A stretch of DNA of 63,699 bases, filler included, from Choristocarpus tenellus KU-1152 (taxonomy: Eukaryota; Protista; Phaeophyceae): the NCBI GenBank assembly GCA_964200185.2. It is 10 parts of 10 records of this genome, joined end to end, with 100 filler letters (N's around TTAATTAATTAA, not from the genome) between each part and the next. Parts side by side here need not be neighbours in the genome. Positions count along the whole stretch, not along the records: positions 47,716 to 52,348 come from CAXNAD020013706.1; positions 52,449 to 55,032 come from CAXNAD020026543.1; positions 55,133 to 57,658 come from CAXNAD020027056.1; positions 57,759 to 60,692 come from CAXNAD020023544.1; positions 60,793 to 63,699 come from CAXNAD020023744.1; 5 more parts are not named here. The stretch is one strand, 5' to 3'. The stretch's first letter is position 1. Every line of letters starts with the position of its first letter. Below, one piece after another: positions 49,540 to 61,890 of the stretch. The notes beneath the pieces were generated by a model, which saw nothing but the letters and a program-made list of their open reading frames with translations, had not been told where the DNA came from and made no database searches. A program made the position numbers and the translations under genes.

Positions 49540-49765
49540 CATGTCATACGACCATGTAGCAGAACCTCAAGCACTACTCCAGGCTTAAGCATTTGGCTCT
49601 AAAACTCAAGTGATACACCTGAGGTTCTCCATCCAGCACTTGGCCGTCCTGCGAAAACAACTCTAAACCTTTTCACTCCTTGATTGATATCAGCTTCATC
49701 ACTCTGATGGTGCCTCCAAGGTGAACAAAATTGTCCGTCTGGTTGTAGTGCCAGCCCAATATTCG
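49540..49765 (-). mobile_element. RTE LINE RT remnant
   Basis: YNQTDNFVHLGGTI and MLKPGVVLEVLLHG resemble RTE FxYLG and LxYGxxxW motifs. Confidence 0.65.
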
Positions 49766-49774
49766 GATCTACAT

Positions 49775-50599
49775 GATGTCTGTAGCCTTGTTGGTAGGCC
49801 CAAGGTACATTGACTCCGTCTTCAGTTTCAACACAGTCAGGCGAAATGACCTAACATATATTTATGAGGGGAGAGTAGTTATAGTAGTAGGGTTAATATA
49901 GGAAATCACTAGTGTTCTCAAGTAGAGGCTTTACGTATTTACTCGAATGAAAAAAATTGGTGGGAACAATGTAATAACAATCCGATTATTCAACAGGAAC
50001 CACCGATTTCTCTTAGTGGCTACCATCGTTTGGTGTCCATCCGCGTGTCATGTTAATGATACTCACAGTTTACCCAGAAAGAGAAGCCCCCACTGCAACT
50101 TTACCATTTCAGCCCTACCTGCACGCCGCAGCATACTACCCTAGGAGTAACCGGTGAGCAATCTGGACTCCTATCTGGATTAGAAGCGAAGTAAAGCCTG
50201 GTCTTGCCCTCACGTGTTGCCCTGGTTGAACTCGGGTACCATGATTTCGCGTCCCTTCCCCTCAACTGCACCGCACCTTGGTGTCTCATGTGTATGAATG
50301 ATTTCGTCATTTATCGCTCCATATTGCATTAATCCTTTTATTGTTTGACTGGAAGCACTGCATTAAGATGCATAGTTACCCCACGGGCCAGACTTTGCGT
50401 TCCAACAGGCTCTTGCAATCATGATTGATAGATAATCCAGATCATTCACGTAAACATTTCTCCAGACGGCAGTAGCGTGAGTGGTTCCTGTACGTGAACT
50501 GACCTTGAGGTAAAGTATGCCAGTTCTCAAGACAGCAGCCATTGCGTTGGCCCTTGTGACCTCTACTGAAGCCTTTGCGGTGAGTTCATGTTTCCCCAT
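49775..50599 (-). CDS. Putative 5' exons of an unknown gene, divergent from hemC
   Basis: ATG 50599, exon 50599-50504 with GT donor and further small GT-AG-bounded exons that can be joined in frame; no recognisable domain. Confidence 0.35.
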
Positions 50600-51175
50600 C
50601 TATATGACTGGGTGATGTAGAGATTGGGGTTCAGCGGGATATCACAGGGTGGAAGGGTAAGAAGTAGGCACGGAATTGATCTCAGAGATTACTTCAGATT
50701 TTTGGCTGCTCTAGACAGGGGCACGAAGTGTCGCTGAAGGGCATCGTGATCTATGTGCTGCATCAAGCAGTCACCCTTACACCAGTACCCCTCCTACTAT
50801 CTCTTCAATCATTTGCCCACCACATGCTGATAATCATCCTCGTCTTGTCGTCAGGAGCAAGGCCTAATTGCTCACATGGATAGCATTGTGCGCACCAGAA
50901 CCAACATCTGTTACGTTGTTCATGTCTCATCGCTTGATTGCAACATTGCTTTCTATTGGCACGTCTCCTGTCAAATATTTATGATTTCGATAGATTTGCA
51001 GTTGAGCTTTTGAAAATGCTTGAGTAAGCAAGACAGTAGTAATCCCATCCCCTAGCCCCAACCGCAGGTTTCTTGCCTACAACCCCCAACAGATTAAAGA
51101 AAACATATATCTTGCCTTTTCAGAGTCATTAAGCCCTTCGTGTATCACCCAAGTCTTGTTGATGAAGGGGAATGA

Positions 51176-51538
<363 letters not shown>

Positions 51539-52448
51539 TAGTGCAGGGGGTTGTTGTATGGGATGGAGAGAGATCAACATCAACATGTTTGCCTCTCATC
51601 TCAGGCTTGGTTGCCTTTGAGTGTCCGTACTTAAATTTGGAAACGGGGGCCTGCATATAGACGGTCAATGGCCTCGTAGGAAGAGGGCTTTGTTGGTGTT
51701 TTAAGAGGGGGTATCGCAAGGAATCAGTCCAAGAGTAGTCATGAAAAGAGATGAGGCCATCTCTCTCTGTCAGTCTTACGCCAGTCCATTTTGTTTTGAG
51801 AGATTGTCAGAGGCAGGCACACTGCCTTTTTGTGCTCAGCAATTGGTGCTGCCGGTGGGCTAAATTGGTGTGGTTTTCCATTTCCTTCTTTACGATGGAA
51901 GTTGGGGATGTAAGTGACTGATTTTCTTACCTAGGCATCCTCACTCAACTCTTGAATGTTTGCGTTTGAAACAGTGTTGATTCTTTCTTTTTTTTGAGAA
52001 CCTTTGATTCGATTCAAATTCTCATGCGAGTTTTTTTGGCACGATACGTAGTACATTGCAATAAAGTACAGGACACAGGATCAGTTTGTGTCACCATAGT
52101 ACTATAGTTGTACCTCAGCAAATGGCGACATGCTCTGTGCAGCCAAATGTGATTTGCACGGGCAATGCCCACTAAGAAGACAACACAGGGCCTCCTGGCG
52201 ACAGTTCGAGGTGGTTATTTTTTTGTTGTTGCGGGAAGTGATAGAACCATTGATGATACGCGGTACTTTTTTTACGGTGATGATGGGGGGGGGGGGGGGG
52301 GGGGGGGTTCGTTCCTCGTGGGTTTGATGGCAGAAGATTCATGAAAGGNNNNNNNNNNNNNNNNNNNNNNNNNNNNNNNNNNNNNNNNNNNNTTAATTAA
52401 TTAANNNNNNNNNNNNNNNNNNNNNNNNNNNNNNNNNNNNNNNNNNNN

Positions 52449-54016
52449 GAGGGTCTGGTGAGCATGTCAGTACTGCCAGGTGTCATGGTATCCTGGTTGT
52501 TGGCCTCAACCGGGGTGCTGATCAAGGCGATGGCAGGAGTCGCAATTGAGGGGGCCAATGCCTCATCATTAACCCTATCCACCACCTCAGGAGTGGGGAA
52601 TGTTCTCACCAGAGGTATGCTCGAGGGAGAACCCGTGATTTCCGTTCTGGGTTTGGGAGAGGACACAGGATCACAGCCTGCAATAGTAGGAGGAATAATC
52701 AGAGATCCAGGAACTGAGGATGGGGGTATTGGAGTCCTCCTTGTGTTGGTGGGCACTTCAACACTCCCGAATCCTGTACTGCCCTGGCCATTGATCTCAA
52801 CAGGGGTATTGAATGAGGCAGGGGAAACAGTGGCAGCACCCGTAGCAGCATACGCTGGTAGCTGCTCACCATCACTAGCAATTGTAGGGGAGGGAGGGCG
52901 TGGGGAAGTGGAGCATCCAACAACCGTGGCCGTTTTGGAGGTCCAGCGTGAGAGGATACATCTGTTACACACCCGCTTGGGCTGTGTGTAGGAGCGCAGG
53001 ACCTGTGTTTGGAATATTTTTTGCCATGATACAATGTGGGACATGAGAGAGGGGGAGATAGAGTCAGGGTTGACATGGGTGAGGCTGGAGAGGACCATTG
53101 CTCGTTTTCTAATGCTGGGCTTTGTGTCAATCATAGCTGCAATACGGCAACTCGTAATCCCCAGGTGACACCCTCGTGTCTTGCGCAAGACTTGTCTGTT
53201 GTGTCCGAGAATGATTGGATACAGATTGGTGTAGTGAATTGTTCGAGAAGGCAGACAATTATGAAGCAAAGACGAGGTGAAGATTTGTTGTACGAGTGAG
53301 TGGAAAAAACGTACTTGAACCTCAAAGACATGCGCATAGTACCAATAGGCCCACACGTGGAACGAAGACCGTCCTTCCATCTCCCCACCTTCTTCGTTAG
53401 GGAGCATTTGTCGCAAACATTCTCTCCGCAACTTCGGCACGTGTGCCTGTGGTTGAACCACGAAAAGGGTGTCTCTGGAATGCACGTGACGAGGCGATTT
53501 CGGTGTGGTGAGTTCTTGTCCTTAGAGCGAGCAAGATGGCGTGTCCGTAACACAGTATCCAAGTAGTAGTGGATTCTTAGGAAATCTTAAGTAAAGGCCC
53601 ATCTTGACCCAATCGCTGGCCCCGGACTGCCAGGAGCTTCAACTCCAAGGGAAATCAGTTGTTGGCGAAGGAAAATAACGGATCCTTTCGAATGGTTATA
53701 CTCTGAAGGGAGAAACCAAATTATCACAAGAGTAGTTAGCTTATGGTTGTAGTTCGTTGTTTGTTGGCGTCCGAGGTTTCCACCTTAATCAATTGCTTTG
53801 TTCTTGAATGAATGGGTGATGCACTGAAGAAGGGCTTCCAAGTGAAAGAGATACTACTTTACAGTAGGATCTCAAGTTAACGTGGAGGGACTGAGTCTTA
53901 CCGCAGATGAGACACTTGCGAAGGTCTCGTATCCATGAATCGATGGAGACGGACGACTTCCTACCACCCATGTCAGGATCCGTTTTCGATTTGGGGGGTT
54001 TACCCGGCTCGTCCAT
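52449..54016 (-). CDS. FYVE zinc-finger protein, 3' truncated; exons 54016-53902, 53474-53315, ~53195-53097, ~53003-<52449
   Basis: WIRD..CLIC/ETPFSWFNHRHTCRSCGENVCDKCS...RVCNRC assembled through in-phase junctions; Pro/Ser/Thr-rich tail. Confidence 0.85.
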
Positions 54017-55224
54017 GACCACAGCAACCGGAGTTGCGGATAATGAGCTTTTTTAAGGGACGAATTTAATGGAAGAGCAAGGTGAGGATGATGTTCCTCG
54101 CTCGCCTGCTCACGTTGCTGTTGGTAGTCCTGGCAGGTGAAGCGTGATTTGGGTTTGCATGCGGAATATTGCACAAATGTAAGAATAATGGTGTCTTCTG
54201 GCACTTTTGATTGGTCAAAATTGGTACTCAAACTCGACTTGCGAAGGATGACGGTTTCACCGCCTGGAATCATTTGGTAGACGGTTGGATTTTTTTACCC
54301 GTTACATTGTTCCAATGAAAAATGTCAGGTAACGGCTTCTTTATCTCTTGACTGCCCGTTGTGGAGGTTTTGCTCTTTCAGACGCGTTTGACTCCTATGC
54401 ATTGATATATCGTAAATATTGATATATTTGATAACTCTATTTCTCATGATGGTGACCTCACAAAGAAAGGAGTAACAACTAGTACTTCCCAAGCCATGGT
54501 GTTCTTGTCCCTGACATTTACAGGTTGCAGGATTAAGGTAGTTTGTCTCCACAGTGTCTGGTTGAAACAAACAAAACTACGGATGACTGGCCCATGTATG
54601 TGTTGGTGTCAGGTGTTGGTATGGGTTGATGGATTGATGGAATGGATGGCATCATATATATATAGTATGTGTGTGTGTGGACATGTAAAATCATAATATG
54701 TATAGTGGTTTCCACATAAATATATACTAGGTCTGTCCCATAAGTCTGTTCCTTTATGCATGTTGTACCTCTTCGGGATGACGTCCGACTTCAAAACGGA
54801 TTTTTGCGTTGGATTCCTCGGAAAAATGTTCGTAAGATAAGTTATATTTGAAGAGTATAGATAGGAAGGTCTGGACCGTGTTGAAATATAGGCTACTACT
54901 CATCTTTTGTTTTATTGATATTATACTCCTAGCAGTCGAAGCCCAGCAAAACCCCCTTGTCTGTTACAGGCGAATAGCGCGAGCTTTTCTTCTTGTATTT
55001 CAACGAAGTGCAAACGTTTGTTACACGCGAATNNNNNNNNNNNNNNNNNNNNNNNNNNNNNNNNNNNNNNNNNNNNTTAATTAATTAANNNNNNNNNNNN
55101 NNNNNNNNNNNNNNNNNNNNNNNNNNNNNNNNCCACCTCCCTCCACCCTACCCTCAGCAGGGGGATCACCATTTCCCATCCTTTCCCCTTCTCCCTCTAC
55201 CCCAACCCTCCACCCCCATCACCT

Positions 55225-55455
55225 GCTTGAAAAGGTAGCAGGAGGTTTATTAGATGAGTTAGTCACACATGCTGTAGGGGGAGAGGAGTGGGAGGATATA
55301 GTATGAAAGGGGTTGTCAAGTCCCGTTTAAGACAGTGTCCATCACTGCACAAGTGACTCTCTCAGGATGTGTCACACATTTCAAGCTAGAAATACGAGGC
55401 AGATGGGCAAGATGGGGCTTGTCAGATTGTTGGGATGCTTCCTTAGCTCCTCACC
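55225..55455 (+). mobile_element. RLE-type LINE 3' remnant
   Basis: Homologous to the reverse complement of 1945-2180. Confidence 0.7.
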
Positions 55456-56112
55456 CAAAACTTTATAGAGCTTGTTCAGTAGATGCTTTGAAGTACTGTA
55501 CACTAAATGTTGCTATTAGTATACATTAAAGTAGTAGCTATGTACGTAGCAAAACAATGTGTGTAGTGCAGTAGATTAGTTATCGATCGGGACATTGGAA
55601 TATAGTTATGTTGAAGTAGCATTCTAGCAAAATGCATTAGTTGGTGATCAACCGAATTGTGTGCAAGCGCGATTATGGAGACTAGGAACTACTGTTACAG
55701 GCGATTAGCGCGAGTATTTCTTCCCGCATCCTAACAAGCACGAGTGTCACAGACAATATGTCTTGATTGGCGGCGCCTTCATGACGAGCAGCATACACAG
55801 GTCGGAAACTTATATAGAGGGACTCCGATTTGCTAAAGGTTGCAGAGTAAGATATGTAACTTGGGAATGTTGCAACAGTTTTCAGATGTATTCCGACTTC
55901 TGTTAATCGAAACAAAATAAAATGCAGATTATAATAAAATATATAAAGAGCGCAGCATAATGAAAGGCCCCGCTAGAAGACACTTCTTTTGTTTGGTGCC
56001 ATTTACATATTGATGTTGAAAGAAAGAGGCACTCCTGTCCTGCTAACCTGCTGCGTGTCGGACACCTAAATTGCTGAAGTATCCTGAGAGGCTTGCACGA
56101 GCATCGGCATTT

Positions 56113-56375
56113 TCTATAGGCTTGTGGATCGGAGCTATACATCCTGTGGAGGTAAGCTTCTGGAGCGTGCTGTAACATAGTGTCTCGGTAGGACCTCCAT
56201 GTTACAACAGAAGAAGATCCAGGCTATAGTAGGGAGCTACCAAGAATCCTCAGTGCTGAGGTGAATACTGAGTATTCTCTCCAGCTTGAAGAGACCAGGT
56301 AAGACCTCAATGTTACAGCACGTTCCAGAAGCTTGCCTCCACAGGATGTATAGCTCCAGTCCACAAGCCTATAGA
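56113..56375. mobile_element. Foldback/MITE-like element with 66-bp inverted arms
   Basis: 56113-56178 vs 56310-56375, 62/66 complementary. Confidence 0.85.
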
Positions 56376-56774
56376 TGACGATGATGCACGCAAAGGACGC
56401 CGGATGCACAAGTCGTTGAGTATGCTGGATCTCTCACTTAGATTATTCCCTTCATAAGTATCATCAATGTCATCACATAAAAGGAACTGACAACGATGTA
56501 CTACCTGGGGCATGATAATGACTAAATAATAAATAAATAGTCAAGAAGTACAAATATATCAAATCTAGGACTTCAACGTCATGATGGTGTTTATGAAACC
56601 GCTATCAAGACATATTGCCTGTAGCACTACCCCCCCTTATGGATAGGTCTCACTTTTTGCTGTATCTCAATAAAGAACATTCTACATCATCAACTTCTTC
56701 TTTGTGGTGAAGCAGTACGCTTTTTGGTAGCATGCGAACAGAGCTAAGTCAGGTTAGAGACATAACAGGAGTGT

Positions 56775-56940
56775 GTGTCATAGGCGAATAGCGCGAGCAT
56801 TTCTTCTTGTGTTCCAACCAAGTGCGAGCATTTGTTACACGCGAATAGCACGAGCATTTCTTCTCATGTTTTAGCAAACACGAACATTTGTGACAGACGT
56901 ATAGTGTGAGGATGTTTCTCGCGTTCTAACAAGAACGAAC
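56775..56940. repeat. ~57-bp tandem repeat, dispersed also at 54962-55032 and 55693-55755
   Basis: GCGAATAGCGCGAGCATTTCTTC unit x3. Confidence 0.75.
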
Positions 56941-57312
56941 AATATACAATCTTAGTAACACATAGGTAGCCCTACAGAGTAAATGGTGATTTCATGGAAG
57001 ATACAGAGTAATATTCGGAATGCATACGTAACATTACAGAAGAAAATGTTAAAGTCCATAAGAAGTTGCAGAAGAAAGGTTTATGATTGGAGTACGTGTA
57101 GAGCAGTTGCATAGAAGACCAAAGAAATTGGGTGGATGATAAAAATAATAAGAGGGATTTTGGCCAAAGCCATCCCCTTTGCCTCCAATCTTATCTTTTA
57201 TCTTGAATGAAACTTTGAGTCGAGCTTTGAGCTAAGCACTGAGTGGAATATCAAGAAGAGAAGGACACCTGACACCCAACAAACTGTTATCAAGGGCAAC
57301 ACCCCCATAGCG

Positions 57313-57656
57313 TCGATTTAAGGTCGTTGGATTTGAGTTGTATATCCTGTGGAGGTGAGTTCTGAGGGGCAGGCCGTAAAATGGAGGTCCTACCGAGACA
57401 TACCGTGTAACATGAAACATGGAGGTCCTACCGCCTCTCTTCAAACTGGAGAGAATACTCCGTATTCACCTCAACACTTAGGATTCTTTGTAGCTTCCTA
57501 CGCCCGCCTAGATTCTTTTCTGTTCCCACTTGGGTTTGGAGTCTTCGTTCGTCGTCTACGGGATTGCCTCCTTGGCCTCGTCATCTTCTGTTACAGGCGC
57601 CCCTCAATGCTCACCTTCCCAGGATGTACAACTCAAATCCAACGACCTTAAAACGA
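57313..57656. mobile_element. Second foldback element of the same family, 58-bp arms
   Basis: 57313-57370 vs 57599-57656; shares ATCCTGTGGAGGT and ATGGAGGTCCTACC motifs with 56113-56375. Confidence 0.8.
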
Positions 57657-57758
57657 AGNNNNNNNNNNNNNNNNNNNNNNNNNNNNNNNNNNNNNNNNNN
57701 NNTTAATTAATTAANNNNNNNNNNNNNNNNNNNNNNNNNNNNNNNNNNNNNNNNNNNN

Positions 57759-57853
57759 GTGTCAGATTTGAAATGTCAGCAAAAAAAAGAGTTGTTTGAC
57801 GGAAACGGACGCCGCCTCACAAACCACCCACCCACCCCCAGATACTTTGACCC
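57759..57853 (-). mobile_element. Family-B-type end at contig start
   Basis: AAACGGACGC...CCCCCAGATACTTTGACCC; inner part matches 31230-31260 in reverse. Confidence 0.75.
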
Positions 57854-59849
57854 TATTATCGTCTTGGGTATTGCTCGTAGTGAACAGTGGGGGGTAGGTG
57901 GGCGTGTTGAAGACGCAGTGCATTCTTTCCCGGGCCCAATTGGCCTGCAGTCACACACTGAGCCGACAGTCCCTTTAGCTACTGATGTTCGTTAGCAGTC
58001 TGACACTGCTTTCCACTTGGTTCGCACATATTGTTCCCAGTGTCTTTCCTTCTCTTCTCATCGTTCCTAGGGACAATGTGCTCTTGTGTTTGGCACCTGC
58101 TCCCCACATCGCAATGTCTACAGTTATTTCACTAAGAGAAACTTCCATGCGCTAAGACAAACAAAAGTGTTGTAACAATCTTGTTGAGCAAACATTCTGC
58201 TGAGTACTCCTGTGTCTCACTCGCAATAACTTACGGGGCTACTGTAGGACTTCCGCCACGAGGATGGAGAGTGCTGTAGACCCTAGCCCGTTCCAGTTAA
58301 AATGTACCTCACCTGGGCCAGCCCAGGGTCCAACTCGGGTGTGCTACTATGATCCCAGCCCAGTCTGGGTGAATCATATTTTATTCAGGTTGGCCTTTGT
58401 CAAAAATGTTTTGTTCACCGTGCCAGCCCCATCAGGAACATGTATATATTTATATTTGTATGTTCTTAAATGCTGCGGTCTCTGAATATGGATGGCAATG
58501 ACAGTCACTAGGTCATGGTGTCAAGGACAGAGATGAGGTGACAGGACAGGACAAGAAACAGAAGGCCTCCAGAGTCAGGGGACCAAACAAGGCTCAAGAC
58601 TGGCACTACAGCAACACAAGTAAGATGTGTGCAGAAAGGCAAACAGAATACCGAACAGAGCAGATCCCACTCAACTCTGAGGCTTTAGTTGGGACAACGC
58701 GGACAACATGATCACATGGATAAGGATGACTCAAGCGGATATCAGGCAGGTAAGGATGCTCAAGAGGGCCTCAGACTGACAAAGAATCAACGAAGATTCG
58801 GGCAACAGGCTGGAGGTCTGATTGATGATAGAAGAGCTGAGTCAACCTTTGGCGAGTCAGGAAGATCTTTAGCAAGACTCTTCGCCAGAGAATTGTGCAA
58901 AATGGACATGTGCATATAGGTTCTTTATTTATATGTGAGTCTAAATTTGGATTTTGTCCAGGAGATGTCACTAATAATGAGATATATTTATACTCGTATA
59001 TTTGGACTGGAAATTGGTTGCTATTTGATTAGATACAGACTATGCTGCTTTGTTATCATTAGTCATAGTATCTCTGCGAGACCAGCAAATTAACATGACA
59101 TCAATTTCACCGATACACAATAAACACCAACATGTTGCAGTGATCATCGGGAGATATAGGATAGCACGCATGGTGACTGCAACTCATGGTCACGAATAGC
59201 TAGGGATTCAAATAAGTAATAAAGACACATTAGCAAGAGTATACCCACGAGATCTGTCTCTCTCTTCGGTTCTACAACAACCATGTGACTTTCACCCTCC
59301 AACAACTGGGCCATGTGAGGCTCCCATTTCTTTCCTCTCCCAACTTCTGTCTCGATAAAGTCTTCATCAAGTTACATACACAAATATCAGTCTACCAAGG
59401 ATATCAGCAGATCATGAGGGTTAGCCTTTGTATTCACGCCATCTTCTTTCAAGTGCTTTACATATAGTACACACTCATTACATAGGAACAAAAATGTGTC
59501 CTATTTCTGACCCATTCCAAGCACACACAGAGCTTATGTGTTTCTCCATCATACCGAGTGTTTGGTAAACCTAACAGAACAATTGGTCCATAGTTTCCTT
59601 TATGAGAATCCTATACTGTTCTCACCATCTCCCCCTCTACTGCTATCGTCCCCCTCCTGTCACCCCCCCTTCTCACACCTTCCCTTACCAATACCCTTAG
59701 ATGCTAGACCTCATGGCTTGGGGGACAAGGCCCTCCTCAATCCTGGGAAGGGTTACACATAAAGGGCAACGGCACTCAGACCATGGGGCTGACACGGGTA
59801 GCAGATAGCACCTAGTTCAACAAATCTACTCATGCCAACTCAGGAATAA

Positions 59850-60300
59850 AGTGCGGGTGACACAACTGTGTACATGGTTGTGCATGCTCATGTACCTCGT
59901 CAGCAAGGACCTGCCTGACGTCAAGGGGTCGATTAAGCTCCCAACTGCGAGGAGAACTTTACCGGGATCGAAACTGTCAGAGAAGTCGAGAAGAATAGCT
60001 CAGCATCCAGACACATACCAGGAGTTCCGCGGTGATTGGGGCGGTACATGGCGAGACGTCCTGTGAAGGGTAATCCAACGAGAAATAAGATCACCCTGCC
60101 TAGGTGGGCAGTATTTATTGGCAAGGAGCATTGTGACATTTCACCCGACACGTGTTTAGAGAGCAAGACCAACATGCATGCCGCCAGGAGTCTGGTGACG
60201 AAGAGGGGGGTCCGCAAGAGGAGATGATGTACGATTGATCATGCAATGTGCTTTGTAGCTGGAGAGGCAGTAAGTACAGAGATCAACCCAATCCATGGAA
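59850..60300 (+). mobile_element. Degenerate RLE-type LINE remnant
   Basis: C..TNMHAAR zinc-knuckle-like motif; weak. Confidence 0.35.
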
Positions 60301-60622
60301 ATGCCTGGATAATGGTTCTGACACACGTCAAGTTTGTAATAATATTGGTTCTTATGTTTTTTTTGGGGGGAGTTATCAGGCATAGAACGATTTCTGCGAT
60401 TTTTATTTCAAGTAGTATTGGTTTGTTAGGAGGGTCAGGTTTAGAGTTTTTGAACAATGCAGTCTGGAGTCTAAAATTTTGTTTTTTGCTTCAGATTAAA
60501 TGTTGTTGGAGAGGATAGAGTAGGCTGCTTCATGTATCGTAACTCTCCTGCTGCAGGAATGAATAGATCACTGGTGTAAGTAATAAAGATTTGAATGGTC
60601 AAATATCCTATCCATGAGGTTC

Positions 60623-60692
60623 GACCCAAAGTATCTGGGAGGGGAAGGGGGGTCTACACCAGGGTGTCCATTTGGACCAAAATCAGGGAAAG
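60623..60692 (+). mobile_element. Family-B right end at contig end
   Basis: Reverse complement of 18850-18914 (GTCTACACCAGGGTGTCCATTTGG). Confidence 0.8.
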
Positions 60693-61313
60693 NNNNNNNN
60701 NNNNNNNNNNNNNNNNNNNNNNNNNNNNNNNNNNNNTTAATTAATTAANNNNNNNNNNNNNNNNNNNNNNNNNNNNNNNNNNNNNNNNNNNNTAGCTAAA
60801 CAAGAAAAAGTGAAACACAAACCATGATAAAGATGTTTGTTGATATTATTTGGTTACGTTGAGAAATGTTGCAGCTTCACGACCAACTATATTGTTGATG
60901 GTATTTTTGACAACAGGAGTTCTTGGAGAGGGAAGGCGTGACAGGCAGGCTAGGCCCACTCCCACCTGGGAATGTTACCACAGGTACAGCTTGATCTTGT
61001 TGAGGCAATCTGAATCGGGTCCACCTTGGAGATACAGGATTAAGGTTAGAGAATTTGATTTTTTTTTTCGGTCATGTGTCTGGACACTTTTTTTTTGTGA
61101 TTTTTTTCGCTGGGGGTGAGATATTTTGGTTCTGATTATTGAGTTCATGGGGTGAAGTTTTGATTCTGATTTGGTCGCTTGAATGTTTAGGTTTGGGTTG
61201 TTACTGAGTACGTTGAGAATGGTTTGGTTGTAGTTTCATGTATTACATATATATAGCCTATTTTTGGTGTCATTATATCATACATACGTAAATACGTACA
61301 TACACACATAAAA

Positions 61314-61380
61314 TGCGCAAGCCTGGAATTGAACCCGGGCCTCGTGAACACACTTTTGCATTTCCAAATATTTCTTGTGT
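61314..61380 (-). pseudogene. tRNA-like relic or SINE head
   Basis: GAGGCCCGGGTTCAATTCCAGGCTTGCGCA (T-arm/B-box plus acceptor) followed by TTTT and a TATG/TACG-rich tail; D and anticodon arms decayed. Confidence 0.45.
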
Positions 61381-61629
61381 GTCTTGGTTTGAAAGGTGAC
61401 GTTCTTGAAGACTATCTCTGTGAGGTGGCAGATGTGACTCCACATTGGCAGCGGATACGCCCAGCACTAGTCTTTGGACCATCCCCTGATAATCCAGAGG
61501 TCCCTCAGGACACTGACTCACGGGTTAGTTCTGGTCCTGGTTCAGAAGCAACAGACAAAACAATTGGTGTGGAGTGGAAAGATAAAAAGAAAAAAAAGAT
61601 ATGACAGTTTGTGTTGAGCAGATGACTAA

Positions 61630-61890
61630 AAATAATGCCTGGCACCAGGGATCAGTTATTGTTGAGATATCCAGGCATACTGAGATTTTAGGGTAATCCA
61701 GTGAGTGGGTTTTTGCAAGCCTTCCATGAAAAGGTATTGAAAGCCTGATGTCATCCATCTTGAGCATGTAGAGCCTGCCCCACATGGTGTTCGCCAGACT
61801 TTTGCTGAGAGAGGTAGTGTATTGCAGTAGTTTGGAGAGAATTGTTTGTAAAGGGTGATGCGACTGGTGATGTCAATGCCTCCTTCATGC
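61630..61890 (-). mobile_element. RTE LINE C-terminal remnant
   Basis: W..LYMLKMDDIRLSIPFHGRLA ~ WxGHxxRMDDxRLPKxxxxGEL. Confidence 0.5.

Noticed and set aside
52458-52991. 177-aa plus-strand ORF
   Set aside because: Antisense to the Pro/Thr-rich exon of the FYVE gene
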